Below are positions 1 to 25,760 of a stretch of DNA of 64,000 nt, piece after piece. Location: NCBI GenBank assembly GCA_002633005.1, contig NMRA01000193.1:128641-192640 (forward strand). Reading direction: 5' to 3'. This stretch comes from Phoronis australis (Eukaryota > Animalia > Phoronida). Made by a program: the position numbers and the translations under genes. The notes under the pieces were generated by a model. The model worked only from the letters and a program-made list of their open reading frames with translations, was not told the origin of the DNA and did not search any database. Each line of letters opens with the position of its first letter. Position 1 is the first letter of the stretch.

Positions 1-911
1 TCGGACGGATCCGACTACCGGTGTGCCCCCTAGTGGCAATTTTAGTTTTTTACGCTTACCTTTGTATCTTCAAAAGTCCTGAACGGATTTTCATGAAATT
101 TGGTATGTAGGCACCTAGTAGTGAGATGACGCTATCCTACTGTTTTCAGATGGATTCGACGTAGTTTGCGCCACCTAGTGGCCATTTTTACTGTTTTCGA
201 GTCTGTATTTTTGCGTCCACCCCTCTATCAACCAAACCGCTCAAAGGATGATTGTGAAAATTGGCGTGTATGTGCTTACTATAAGGAAGACAGCTGACAA
301 TGATTTTCAGACGATTTGGACTACTGTGGCGCCTCCTAGTGGCAGTTTTGTTTTTTTGCGCCCATGGCTGTATCTCCCAAACCGTTTGCAGGATCTTTAC
401 TAAATTTAGCAAGTGTATTTATGTGATGTTGACAACGGACGATGACGACTTTAGGATGATTCTGACTACCGGTATGCCTCTAGTGGCAATTTTAGTATTT
501 GCCTCTAGTGGCAATTTTAGTATTTTACATTGACCTCTGTATTTTCATAGGTCTTCAGGTGTATACTTTGTGTTACTTCGTGACTATGAAGGAAAAGTTC
601 CAAGTAGAAATTTGTTTCTGGCATTCTAATGCTGTGCTAATCTCGTATGTTGGTAAATTTGTTTTTAATTCTATGTTTCTGTGGTGCTTTAAGCAACTGG
701 TGTATAGGATGTGCTTGTATTATGAAGATTACTCACATTTTGCCCCTAGCCTATTGAGGAGACAATGACCATGCCTTTCCATTTTGCAAAGTACAACATA
801 CTACATATATGCCCTCTACTGGCCACTTTATGGTACCAATAAACAACCCTAGAAGGATACCGTATGCGGTGCAATTGTGGGCGCATTTCAACGCTCTGCG
901 TTGCTCTTGTT
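1..911 (+). mobile_element. Helentron/HINE (DINE-1/pearl-like) non-autonomous element, 3' part
   Basis: Internal diverged tandem units with GGATCCGACTAC...CCCCTAGTGGCAATTTT. The 3' subterminal IR GTGGGCGCAT (877-886) is followed by the hairpin CAACGC-tct-GCGTTG and CTCTTGTT. Confidence 0.65.
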
Positions 912-1084
912 ATAAATAAGGAAACGGATTACGAAAGAATTTTCTGTGCAGGAACAAAGAAGGAAATTTATCATCAATGTTGAAGAAAGTCCTTTGCTGG
1001 TTTACTTACTTAAGATCATGCAAGACTTTATAATGGAATAACAACCGTGGTGATATTTTCTGTCCGTTGTGTAAAATTTTATGA

Positions 1085-2820
1085 TTTTTAGGTGAGAGTA
1101 CTGTATTATGTTGTTATCCTTGTCCTTCCAGCGTGCATCCGACATGCGTCTAGTGTCTGCTGCTGTGTCTTCTAAACCCTTGAATGTATGCTCTTGAAAA
1201 TTTGCAGATTTGCTCTTTTCATGGATAAGATGGTGTGAGCTAATTTTTGGACGGATCCGACTATCCGTGTGCCCCTAAATGCCAATTTTACTTTTTTACA
1301 TTCGTTAATGGATTTTCTTAAGATTTGGCAAGTGGGTATCTATTAGTAAGATGAATCTGCCTTTATGTTTTTGGATGGATTCAAGGCGTTTTGCATCACC
1401 TAGTGGCCATTTTTACTGTTTTTGAGACTGTTTTTAGGCATCTGCCCCTCTATCGAGCAAACCACTCTAAAGATGATTTTGAAAATTGACATATGTGTTC
1501 CTACTGGGAAGAGGACAGCTGAAGATGATTTTCAGACAATTGCGAGTACTGTGGCACCTCCTTGTGGCATTTTTTTTGCATCCGTGGCTTTATCTCGTAA
1601 ACCCTCCTTGTTGAATGTGGCAAGTGTATTTGTAGGAGGCTGCAACAGACGATGCCGACTTTCACACAGATTCGACCACCACTGTGACCCCTTGTGGCAA
1701 TTTTTTCCTGTTTTACTCAGTATCTTTGGAGTTCCTTGACACATTTTAACAAAATTTGGCTTATAGGTTTCTATTAAACAAGGCAATGACACCTTTACAT
1801 TTTCAGATGGATATGACGTAGTGCATTCTTCCTAATGGCCATTTTTATTAATATCAAGTGTGTTTTTGGCATCCATTTCTCAATTGACCAAACCACTCTC
1901 AGAATGGTTATGAAAATTGCTAAATTGTTCTTACTACGAAGACCATGGCTGACAATGATTTTGACTACTGTGGCACCCCTTAGTGTCAGTTCTGCTTTTT
2001 TCACGTCCACAACTGTTTCTCCTAAACCCTTGCAGCAGGATCTTTGTGAAGCTTAACTGGTGTATTTGGGGACTGTGACTTTTGGATTTACGTCACTACT
2101 GTTGTGCGGACTAGTTCCAATTTTAATTTTTTTATGATCTTGGCAAGTTTGTTTCTATTGAGGAGAACATTGCTGGCTTGCTATGTACCCTGATTTTACT
2201 AATGTTACTCCCTGTTGTGGAAATGTTTAATAGTAATGATCCCATGTATCTGCACTATATGCAATGAACACGGTGGGCGTATATCAATGTTCAGCGCAGG
2301 CCTTTATCTAGGATTTTGAAAATAGGGTGTCCAAAATGGGGATCCAAATATTCCAGGGCGTCCATAATTCCGACGCGTAACCCCCCACCCCCAGCAATCC
2401 CCCCAAACACACAGATTTTTTTACAAAAAAGTGCATAGACCAAGGTTTTTACATCTAAGTTTACAAAACAGCCTTCTGCAGTGAGCATTTCTAATAAAAA
2501 AATGGTATAGACTTTTACAATGCTATCAACCAAGTGTGAGCATAGCAACATTGTATATACTTTGTATATACAATATACTTTGTATATACATTGTATATTT
2601 CTTCCTGCTTTGAAAAAAGAGCCCCCACTGTGAGCCTTCAGAGGCTTCCTAGTAATCATTACAATGTGTGTGTCCAAACTTGAAAGGTTCCTATTGACAG
2701 TGGGCGTCCAAATGATACATTGGGCATCCTTGCCAGAGCCTCTATATTAGTGCTATGGCGTCCCAATGGACGCCCAGGACATACGCTGCATAAAGGCCTG
2801 GTTCAGCGTTGTTCTTGTTT
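1085..2820 (+). mobile_element. Second, more diverged Helentron/HINE-like copy, interrupted by a MITE at 2297-2800
   Basis: Same internal units as 1-911. The 3' end is GTGGGCGTAT plus CAATGTTCAGCGTTG plus TTCTTGTT once the insert is removed. Confidence 0.6.
2297..2800. mobile_element. hAT-like MITE
   Basis: TIRs CAGGCCTTTAT/ATAAAGGCCTG with a perfect 8-bp TSD GTTCAGCG (2289-2296 and 2801-2808). Confidence 0.85.
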
Positions 2821-3264
2821 TTGATAGGACCAAAAACTATTCACCGTGGTGTTATGTTGTTTTACTGTTTTTAAGCAATAATACTACTATACGGTAAATA
2901 GTAAAACTGCCTGCTCAAACAAGTTTTCTTGCTTACATGCTGTCTGTCATAGTATTCCTGGAGTCTGAACTGCTAGTTTTTATTATTAATCAGCAAATGT
3001 CTGAATTGATATTGGCGTGGTGCAACAACCACCAGGTTTTGAATGAGGCGCTAAGTGTATATCTGTAAAATCAATATTGTGGAGATTGCAAACTATGTCA
3101 ACAGCGATTGAATTACTGTCTTTTATTGACATAATTGGTGATCTATGAGATGAGGTTTTATTTATTAGAAGTATAATCTTACTTAGAAATCGCTTTTTGA
3201 TCGCTAGCTTTTGGCCAAAAGTCAAAAATGCTGTCAAAACTGAGATTGTTTCTGGTGATGGAAT

Positions 3265-3448
3265 GAGATAGGTAAATGAATGGTATGCAGTCCCATAGTG
3301 TATGTGGAACAAGATAGGTAAATGAATGGGATGCAGTCCCATAGTGTATGTGGAACAAGATAGGTAAATGAATGGGATGCAGTCCCATAGTGTATGTGGA
3401 ACAAGATAGGTAAATGAATGGGATGCAGTCCCATAGTGTATGTGGAAC
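3265..3448. repeat. 46-bp minisatellite, about 4 copies
   Basis: Unit AAGATAGGTAAATGAATGGGATGCAGTCCCATAGTGTATGTGGAAC. Confidence 0.9.
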
Positions 3449-4186
3449 ATGATCAACACGTTTGTGCAGTTAGCTGTAAAACTGTAGAATTTAATTGAAT
3501 TAAAGAATACACTTTATGAAAGTAGAAAGCCTGTAGAATTTTATTTTTAACTTTATACTAAGTTGCCATTAATAATGAATAATTCCAACGAATCCAGTTA
3601 GGGCATGCCTACCAAAGTCAGCGTTGCATAGTGCCATAAGCGTGGAGCCAATGCGGCACTTACTTTTTGCAACCGAACTGCAGAAGTAGATTCTCTTTGA
3701 AGTGTTTTGATCCTATTCCACTGGAACTGCCACCGTATAGAATCGCATTACCAAAATGGGTTCTGGGAAATTGAACGAACTGTAGCATGCAATAGCATAT
3801 CCACGGTACCTGTGAGCTCATCGACTCGCCATGCTTTATTCGTATGGTTGTCCGGTCGATTCAAATTTGTGCTGTAGTTGGTTTACATGGTTTTCTTATG
3901 TTCATCGTCAAAATTAGGTGTTTCAGTAAAGTATTTCATAGCACAAGTAATGGCGGGAGTAGCTAGGTTACATCGTATTTGTTTATCCATAGATAGCCTA
4001 TGTATTATCTAGTTGTATATTCATCTAATCAGAATGTCTGTTACATGGTTATATCAGTGACGGGCACTTTTCTTCTACGTCATTGATCTGCTGCCACAAG
4101 TGCCACAAGTACACAGTAAAACCAGCTTTAATGCTTTCATTCACAATCGATGTTTAGTGGGTCTAAGATGATGGACTATCATTGTA

Positions 4187-4250
4187 TTGCCATGTTCCCA
4201 TGACCTGATTGGCTGAATCTTGCCATGTTCCCATGACCTGATTGGCTGAA
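4187..4250. repeat. Tandem duplication of about 32 bp
   Basis: TTGCCATGTTCCCATGACCTGATTGGCTGAA occurs twice. Confidence 0.8.
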
Positions 4251-4889
4251 GTTACGAGCTTGATTAAGATGTCAGAATTACTATCCATGTCTTTCTAATT
4301 AAAATTTACCTAAAAGAAACCCAAGTATATTCATAGCAAGGTGATAGTATCAGTACCATGCCCAAATTTCATTTGATTTAAAAGTTCAAAATGAAATCTC
4401 AAAAACAATCAAAGTGGTTTTCGAAATTAGTTAATGCAACTTTTTATAGTCCCTGTATGTGGTTGCCCTTCATGACAAAGTGGAACCCATTATAAACAAT
4501 AACTGATGGTTTTGTGTAGAACAGTGTATAAAGTACCGTATCTGAAAGTTTCATTTGATTCTGATCAGCCACCTAGAAGGTATGACATTCCGAAAGTCGC
4601 CAAATTTGGACATTTTTCAAAGGTTTCACCGTTTGGGGTAATGGCTATAGGTGACACATTAAGGGCAAAGTCCTTTGATAGTTGTATCGCTTTTTAACTT
4701 GATGCACTGTAACATCTAAAAGAAAAGTCCACCTAAAGCTATGTGACTTGTATATTTCACTGACTTAATTAATACTACTGCCTTCTGATTTAGGCCACTT
4801 GCCCATATAAGCTCAACTTCTTCCCTTCTTAGATCGCTGGAGTTGTGAAGAACTGACAGTTTCATATCCTGCTCTGTGGGTTGTAATCC

Positions 4890-5177
4890 AGCTGGTCAAG
4901 CTAACGTGTTGAGCCTGGTCTATTTCAATTTTAATGAGCTGCTGGTCCTTCTCAAGCAAACATATTGGGCCTGGTCTCCATTAGTTACAAGGAGGTGCTG
5001 GTCCTTCTCAAGCTAACATATTGGACCTGGTCTCCATCAGTTATAATGAGCCACTAGTCCTCAACATATTGAGCCTGGTCTCCATAAGTTATAATAAGCT
5101 GCTAGTCCTTCTCAAGCTAACATATTGGGCCTGGTCTCCATCAGTTATAATGAGCTTCTAGTCCTTCTCAAGCTAAT
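4890..5177. repeat. Diverged minisatellite of about 55 bp, about 5 copies
   Basis: Recurring GTCCTTCTCAAGCTAACATATTGGGCCTGGTCTCCATCAGTTATAATGAG. Confidence 0.8.
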
Positions 5178-5313
5178 CAGTCACGTCTAATCCGAGTAAG
5201 CAAGGATGGCAGACCAATAGTAGGTCGTCTAAATGTAAACGTATTTTTGACAAGAGACTGGTTAGTAGTGTGATATGAATATTGGTGACAAAAACACTGT
5301 TGTGTTATTCTAG

Positions 5314-18202
<12,889 letters not shown>

Positions 18203-20075
18203 TCTAAGAAAGAATGGCCTTTGTCATTTGCACATAATTTTTCTGTAGTGTAACTTTGTTGAACGTAAACAATTTTGAGTGCTTTAGATATCCCTTCTGT
18301 ATTTGGCCTTCCTGCTCACAGACAAGCTCATTTTGGCATTTTGTCCAAGATATTGATAATCCATTGACAAACATTTTAAATCTTGATGTTCATTTCTTTG
18401 GTTGTCCTGAAAATTTATGTTTTCTTTTTTTGAAATTGTTTTCGTAATCATGAACAAACTGTTATACCTTGTAAGTGCTCTGTTGAATACTACCCCTGTA
18501 CTATAACGGTATCTTACTGAACACTAATCTTATCTTAACCAACTCATGGCCAGCCTGCGTGTAGGTCATTATATAGTAGATAATCAGGCTTTAACCTAGA
18601 ATGACTATCAGTCAGTTCTGTATTATTTCTACCTGTCTTAGGCTTGTTTTGAGGTGAAACGTACATTTACAAAAAAATCCCTAAGACTAGTCGAAATACT
18701 GGAACCATTTAACGTGGACCAACAGTGCAGCTACTTTCTAATTAGCTGCGGCAGTTCTTGGACCAAAACTATGAGTCGCATTATTCAATAGGTGGTGCGA
18801 GTAAGGATTGGATCTCTTCATCTTGTCATTGTAGCAGAGTGAGAAGAGTAGGCTTTTTACCTGCGTGAAGGTATTTTGGGGGTAAGGGTACCACGTTACA
18901 ATCTGAATGCATGATTGTTTAGTTAGGATTGTGTTTTCATTAGTGCCACCTTGTGACATTGGAGCTCCTCGTCTGACCTATGTCCTTGTCTATGGCAGAT
19001 TGATGTCGAAGAATTGATTTGACTGCTGTGGTGTACGAAAAGGTGTCGAAACAAATGTGACCATTCTAAGTTCATAGGGTCTAGCAACTGCTTGAGCTGA
19101 AATACCAGTTGTTGACTTTGCTGGAGGTCCAGGTTTTCATATCTGCTGGTTGGTAAACAACAGTTACAGTGACTGCATTGTCTTTATGGGTTTGCAGTGC
19201 TTTGGTTAAGCAAAACTTCAATGTCAAAGGATGCTTAGAGTTGTAGATTCTATATCTAAAATGTGATATTATGTATGTACTCATTAGAAGGAGCTAAAAT
19301 TATTTGTTGGCAAAAAGGAACAGGATATATTTCTGACTTGGAGGATGTTTATTTTGTAATAAGAAGATTAAAAGATGGTTCACCTCGTATTTATTATTGA
19401 CATGAGATTTATTTACTACCTATACACTGTAATTATTGATTGTATATTTTCATGAAGCTGTTCACGAGGCAAGTCAAAATTTTGTGCAAATTTAATGTCT
19501 GGTATTGATTTGAATACACTGCAGATTTGTGCAAACTGGTTTGTCTTTCTGTAAACTGACGTCAGCTAGTAATCCACTACCTCCACCTGGTGTTACATGT
19601 CCACTTCACTCTCCAGATGTCACCATGTTCACCAATAATCTGTTGTGGAGTCTACCCTGCATGGGGTCATCAAATGTAAGCCAAATTACTCACCGTCTTT
19701 TGTATTGAAATCGAATATGACTATCCAATTGTGCCTTCTCTGTTTCGACCGATAAATTGTACTCTTTACTGTCCTTTACTTAGGTCAAAAAGTCATGTCG
19801 GAAGATATGTCTGCAATGGAGGGTATGCTGTGTGTACTTCTTGGCTACACCAGCATTGGTTGCAAGCATGCATTGGTCAGCGTTGCTTAGAATTCCACTG
19901 GCTCTATGAGTATGTGATTTGCTGACTAGACTTGATTAAGAAAAGGTAGACACAGGTGTAGGAAAATGCCAGGGTGGTAAAAAATTAATACCTTGTTTTA
20001 ATTTTGTCAGGCTTTTCCCCGTGTGTGGGTGGGCGAAGGTTATTGCAGACCGGTGCTAGTAGCTTTTGGTGCAAT

Positions 20076-20472
20076 GATAGACTGAAGACTGGTTCGAATT
20101 AATCCTTTATTAATCTCGACCGTACGTTCACAAGCCTACTCAAACAAAGCGTCCGAGGTAATGTCTGTTTTATGCTCCAGCCAGTGCTGCGAGGCCTTGG
20201 CTTGTGATGAACTGAGACATGTTCAGCAACTGTTACACTCACTAATTCAAATAACCTGCTGTCTTTATAGCTGGCTCTATTGACGCTCGCTGTAACTGCA
20301 AAATCCAATTTCAAGTGTCAAATTCGGAACACGGCGCATTCGTAACGGAGCTATGGCCAAGTATAGGCTCTCCCGCAATATCCCAGGCGACCGTCAGTGG
20401 CGCTGCGCACTACGACTCCGTTTCCGTCGTCTGCTCCACTGTGCAATCGTAGATTATGTACTATAGTCTATG
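20076..20472. mobile_element. Non-autonomous TIR element with a 7-bp TSD (P-element-like ends)
   Basis: Ends gATAGACT...AGTCTATG flanked by GTGCAAT at 20069-20075 and 20473-20479. Confidence 0.5.
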
Positions 20473-20841
20473 GTGCAATGAAGAAAGTTTACTTCATTTT
20501 TTAAAGAAAATGGAACCTGAGTGACGATGAAAAAACAGAAGCTGCTGGTAAGATGTGAATTTTAATCGAAGGCTTAGTGAATCACTCAGAAACTCGCAAT
20601 ACTCTCTTTGTCAAACCTTATCTTAAGACGATTTCTAAAGCAATGCCGTCATTATTGCCAACACGAAAAACGGATTTGGTCTTTTGGGCATTTGAAGACT
20701 ATTTTAAATACGACAAATTTGTTAAGAATTGATGGCACAAAATATAAAAGTGTAATAAGCATTACAAAAAGAAGTAGGTTTCGCGCGCAAACGCTGTGGA
20801 CCATAAACAAGTGGGTCTCTTAGAATGAGGGTAGTAGTTAA

Positions 20842-20905
20842 GTCGTGGTGGTGTAGTGGTAACTCACGCGCGCTCTATCCACGAGGTCGTGAGTTCGAGT
20901 CTTTG
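20842..20905 (+). mobile_element. tRNA-derived SINE head or tRNA pseudogene
   Basis: Pol III A-box-like TGGTGTAGTGG and B-box-like GTTCGAGTC. I could not build a complete cloverleaf. Confidence 0.4.
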
Positions 20906-21461
20906 GTAATTGTAGTTTTTCCTGTTTGACACGTTCTCCGTGTTTTTTTTTTGTTTTTCTTTCTTGGATAATACTTCAGGAATCAAGGAAAATGCTTGAT
21001 TTTTAGAGGTAAAAACAGAAAAATTTCCTGGGCGAAAGGGGGGCAAACCCCCCTCCCGACCTCCCCCCATTCGGTGCTATGCGCATCTACAATCGTGGTT
21101 CAGTTTGCGCAAATGCTTACAGCCGGCCAAAATGTTGCCCCCCCTTGTGATATCCTAGATCCGCCACTGAACATCATCATTGTACTTAACTCGGGGGTCA
21201 TGCCAATCAAACAGAACAACAAAACGAAACAATACAACTAAAAACAGCGTCAGTCTATATTCTGACAAAATTTCAAAACCGTAGCAAATCGGACCTTGAA
21301 GACTTTCCAAAAATCCTGTCAAGATTTGAAAATGTTAAGGATTTTAGAGAATCTTGTCAAGAGCCGTTTAAGAGAGATTTCAATTCTTGACGAATTTATC
21401 GTGGTCTTGAAGTAAAAGTATAGTCTTTTGATTTGACGTTTTGCCGAGTTTGCATCCAAAA

Positions 21462-21674
21462 TGGAATGCTAAAACGGAATAAATTCAGATTTACACTCCA
21501 GGATCATGATAATATTTTAATATTGATGTTAAAACATCAACATTTAAAATGTTGACAACATTTAGAGTGAAATGTTGACAAGATTTTTAAAATGCTGTCG
21601 ACATTTTAAATGTTGTTAATATCATCATGATCTGGAGTCTAAATCTGTTGAATTTATTCTGTTATGGCATTCCA
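21462..21674. repeat. Foldback element of about 210 bp
   Basis: TGGAATGCTAAAACGGAATAAATTCAGATTTACACTCCAGGATCATGAT pairs with ATCATGATCTGGAGTCTAAATC...GAATTTATTCTGTTATGGCATTCCA. Confidence 0.75.
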
Positions 21675-22296
21675 CACAAGTGTGATCAGAAGGCGTGTTA
21701 AATTTCATTCCCGCATAAAAGATCCTACGTTCTCTTGACGTCATTCGTTGTCATTCGCATGATGTTCAAGGACGCTATTCAGTCGATGCGTGGTCACGTG
21801 GTTGAGAATATGATCAAGGTGGTTGGACTTGCCGTCGCGCTGTACGGGTGGTATACGTACCTCGAAGACTGCTTCAGAAACGGGCGACCGGTTGAATCTA
21901 GGCTTGAGTCCAATCGGTCAGGAGACATGGTCAGTTCATTGGCAGCAACTAAACTATTGGTTTTGAAACTCAAAATTTTAGTCGTGTTCGTTAAGGCGAA
22001 AATTGCTGCACAGATTGAGCTCTATCAATCTTAGTAACTAATCACTTGAGGTTGCGGAACGCCAACTCGCCGAATATGAAAGCTCTAAAAAGGTATCCCA
22101 GAAAGAATGCCCGAAACGCTACAAATAGACCGGATGCTGCTGTGGGGATCGATATTCGAACCTGTCGCAAGGTGCTTACGGTAACCCCATGGGCCAATAC
22201 TGTGGTCCTTGATGTGTTTCCTCAGTAGTCAGGCTTGGATACAGAGAAGTAATAACTGGTTTCCCCTCGATGAACAACCTGAGTCAGTGACTGCGT

Positions 22297-22586
22297 CAGG
22301 GGCGAATCCAGGATTTTGAGTGGGGGGCAGGGCACAGGAATAACCAGAATTTTGCCACAAGCACGCGCCCATCCTAAAATGTAGGGATGCAGGGGTCTCA
22401 AATTTCTGGGTTTGTGGAGCTTATTACTAAAAAACGGAAACCGGGGTTTATTCAAGGCCTATGCATTGTGCATTCGCCCTCCGAGCCCCCCTGCATGGGT
22501 GCGCGCATATGCTAGTCAGCAGTTCACGCCCCGAATTGTTTAGGGGGGCCATGACCCCCTTGACCCCCCTCCTAAATCCGCAACTG
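22297..22586. mobile_element. MITE with CAGKGGCGGAT-type ends and 5-bp TSD TGCGT
   Basis: CAGGGGCGAATCCAGG...CCTAAATCCGCAACTG with TGCGT on both flanks. Confidence 0.75.
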
Positions 22587-25447
22587 TGCGTGACATCTGA
22601 CAGAATTTGTTCATTTTTGCGGGCAAGTGAATGAGTATTTTCAACTATGCGTCATTCCTAATTCCGACACATGGTTGCGCAAGAACATACGAGCAGACCT
22701 TGCGTCTTCGTTACGATAACGACACGCTATGTCGGCGAGAAAGTTAGCGTAGAAATACGGTACCATCAGTAGACCTGCTATGAAAAGAACCGGCCTATTT
22801 GTCCGCTCTCGGTGAGACGAGGCCTCAGTGTAAGTACGCCTGCAGTCTCAACTTCGACAGGACGCCAGCAGCCGTCAACAAAATTTGAGCCCTCAGTTTT
22901 ACTGAAAATTGATACATTTTTAAGAGCAGTATTTTTCAAAGTTATTTTTGGTAGTTAACACAATCTAAAAGTGTTCTGTTACTGACAAAGCGGCGATGTT
23001 CTTTTTCATTAAAAGTACTAATCGAGGACCGTCTTAAACGACGTTTCTCCAATTACTTGGGAATAGGTCTATTCCGATATCTGAGGAGGTGTTGGTCTGA
23101 GAAGTAGCGAAACCTAATCCATGAAACTGAAGACAGCCTTTCGTAGACTAGCATACCTATATGTCCGGCCGGCCAAGTATACAGGGACAACAGTTGTGGA
23201 AACCCATTTGAAATTTTCTCCAGACTTTACAGCATGAGAGCCACCTTCATTAGATTGCTACTAAACTGGGCAGTAGCAGTGAACCACGTCACAGATATTG
23301 AAAGTGAGTTTCTAACATTCACGCACCATTCTCACTTCGCTTTATTCCAAAAACATAATACCTTTGTTCCTACGACTACCTTTGCAGCCGTAAATTCAAA
23401 ATGAAATCATGTTACCGTCCCTTTGAGTAACTGTCGACCTCGTCGATTTTTTTGAAATTTTCAAATTGCTACTCATACCAGACCAGTTCTTTCAACGTAT
23501 TAAATTATCCGCCAAATGTGCGAGTTAATTATTTCAGTTTGAAACGACTACAACTTCAACAGGCTGGTACAATTCAACACGTGACAAATCTGTCTGCCGA
23601 ATTCAGGCACTTTAACAGTTTTCAGTCAAATTTCTTTAGTTCGTGGGCAGTTTTGGTGTATGTGGCCGATGGGACTGTGTTTCATACTATGAGCGCTGTA
23701 GTGGTAAAATTACAAGTAAGTAGTCAATGCCCATCGTTTCACCTTGAACACTGAATTTAAAAGTGCACTGAATTCGCAAAACCTGATCCACAAACATGTA
23801 GGCCTATTTTTTAACTCACGAGTGGGTATTTACTTCGATGTCGTAGAGGCGCAGAAAGGGGCTCAACCACACATATAGGCCCACCTTTTCGTATTAAGAC
23901 AAGGGTCCGCGTGCGTTTCAAGCGGTCTCTGAAGGGGGAGCAATTTTAAAGGGAATGGGCGCGTAACGCTCAGAAACGATATGCTGGAGGCGTTTTTAGT
24001 CGAACATGAAAAGCGGGGGACCATTGGCCTTGCCAAACAGCGAGTTGGAGGTAATATCTAGTAGCAGACAAGAGCCTTCGTCTGTTACTGTCTGATTCAT
24101 TTTGCTGTACTGCAAGAGGTCCAGTCAGTGTCGAAGAGCACGTGGTAGGTTATCTAGTCTAACCGTCCCCCGCCCTCCATTTCTACGAACTCCCGCATTC
24201 CTCTGATTGCCGTTGTGGCAAATGCACCCGAGTTTGTGCTCCCATGTTTTAACCCGGATCCCATCGGTCACGTTTTGGGGTCCAAGATGCCCAGAATAGA
24301 GCAAAGTGACTCTTCATTGTCAAGTCAACGCCACACAAAGTTCCTTTTTGAATAAATTGCACTGGACGTATGGTCACGTGCGCCGGAAAATTAGGCAACA
24401 ATGCTGTCGTCAGCGTAGCAGTGCATCGATACCGTAAGCTATTGGACATATCAAGCGTACGCCCCACTATAGGCGTCACTTGCTGTGCGTAAGCGATACG
24501 TCAATATGTTGAAGGTTGGCTGCACGCTCCACTATAAACGTAATTTATAGTGCGTAGGCGCTATGTTTAAATGCCAAAAGGTTGGCTGCGCCTACGTGCG
24601 CCTACGCCCCACTACAGCACTGGTTTCATATCATTTCGAACAACGAAGATATCGATCGTCAAAAATGATGATTTGCGAAGATATTGTGAAAAGTGGTTAT
24701 ATTGGCCGATTTCTTTGTTTGATGGTAAATAAAAACTCTAAACGAGGTTTTCTGCGTGTTGGCAGCAACCATGTGCAGTTCTAACGTGAAATCGACCCAG
24801 TTTTAAAAATTCACGTTTACAATTTTCGCAAAAATGGTTATCTTCGAATTATAAACGATGATAACCGACATTTTAATGTGTGAATTGAGATTTTCAGTAA
24901 TCGAGGCTTCAGAAAATATTTAAATTGGACAGGAAAGTTAATTGACAAATGCCAAACGACTTCAAACACAATGCATGTGAGCGCAATGCTGCTGTTACAA
25001 AATGACCCCCTCCATATGCATTGGAATACTTCGGATCTTAATTAGCAGTTAACAGACCTAATAAAGTTCACACGCCACAATCGCCTGTCATTTCGTTTAC
25101 TGTTCATCCTTTTATTTGAGGAAGGTGAGTCCAGAATGCGAGTTTCGAAGTGGCTGCGTAAAAAAGGACGAAGAAGAAGTTCTAGAAGCGAGGCTTCGTC
25201 AATTGCGTAAAATAAGAAAGAAGAGTGGAGGAAACAGGCACAGAACTCTGTGCGTCAAATGAGACAAAGGTTGAAATTAAAAACACATGCATTGGCAAAA
25301 TCTAGGTTTTTATTACAGTGTATCATATCAAATAAATACAATAAAAAACAATAATATTATCTTAGTAGAAAGGTTTATTTCATGTAACAAGCCTCCGGCC
25401 CACATTACAAATAATACATAGAGAGTACAAGATTTTTCGAATCTAAA

Positions 25448-25760
25448 TTAATTCATATCAAAGAACTCATTTCGACGTTTGTCCGCATTAATTAAATATC
25501 TAGCAATTTTTCTCAGGACAGTTAAATCATGAGTCTGTAGAAAATTTCTGAATACTATCACGTCCACTTTATCGTATCTTGGTAAGAACAGGACTCGTAG
25601 ATCAGAATATAAATTACATTCGAGAAGAAAGTGTAATTCTGTTTCCACTTTCCCACTGTCACAGCAGGGACATATTCTCTCCTCTCTATCAAGTCCACTA
25701 AACCTTTCCTGAACAATCATTAAAGAATGCGCAGAGCATCTAAATCTTGCGTGCGTTCGG
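25448..25760 (-). mobile_element. Non-LTR retrotransposon ORF2 3' end (C-terminal CCHC-type zinc motif)
   Basis: RFRCSAHSLMI...REERICPCCDSGKVETELHFLLECNLYSDLR, typical of the LINE ORF2 C-terminus; 5'-truncated. Confidence 0.8.

Noticed and set aside
2986-3459. 157-aa repetitive ORF and overlapping ORFs
   Set aside because: They are read-through of the 46-bp minisatellite.
20842-20905. Functional tRNA gene
   Set aside because: A and B boxes are present, but the acceptor and anticodon stems do not form, so I treated it as a SINE head or pseudogene.
21790-22280. Possible minus-strand exons (LFIEGKPVITSLYPS..., ...RYVYHPY...)
   Set aside because: I could not link them into a phase-consistent gene or recognise a domain, and a MITE disrupts the upstream acceptor region.
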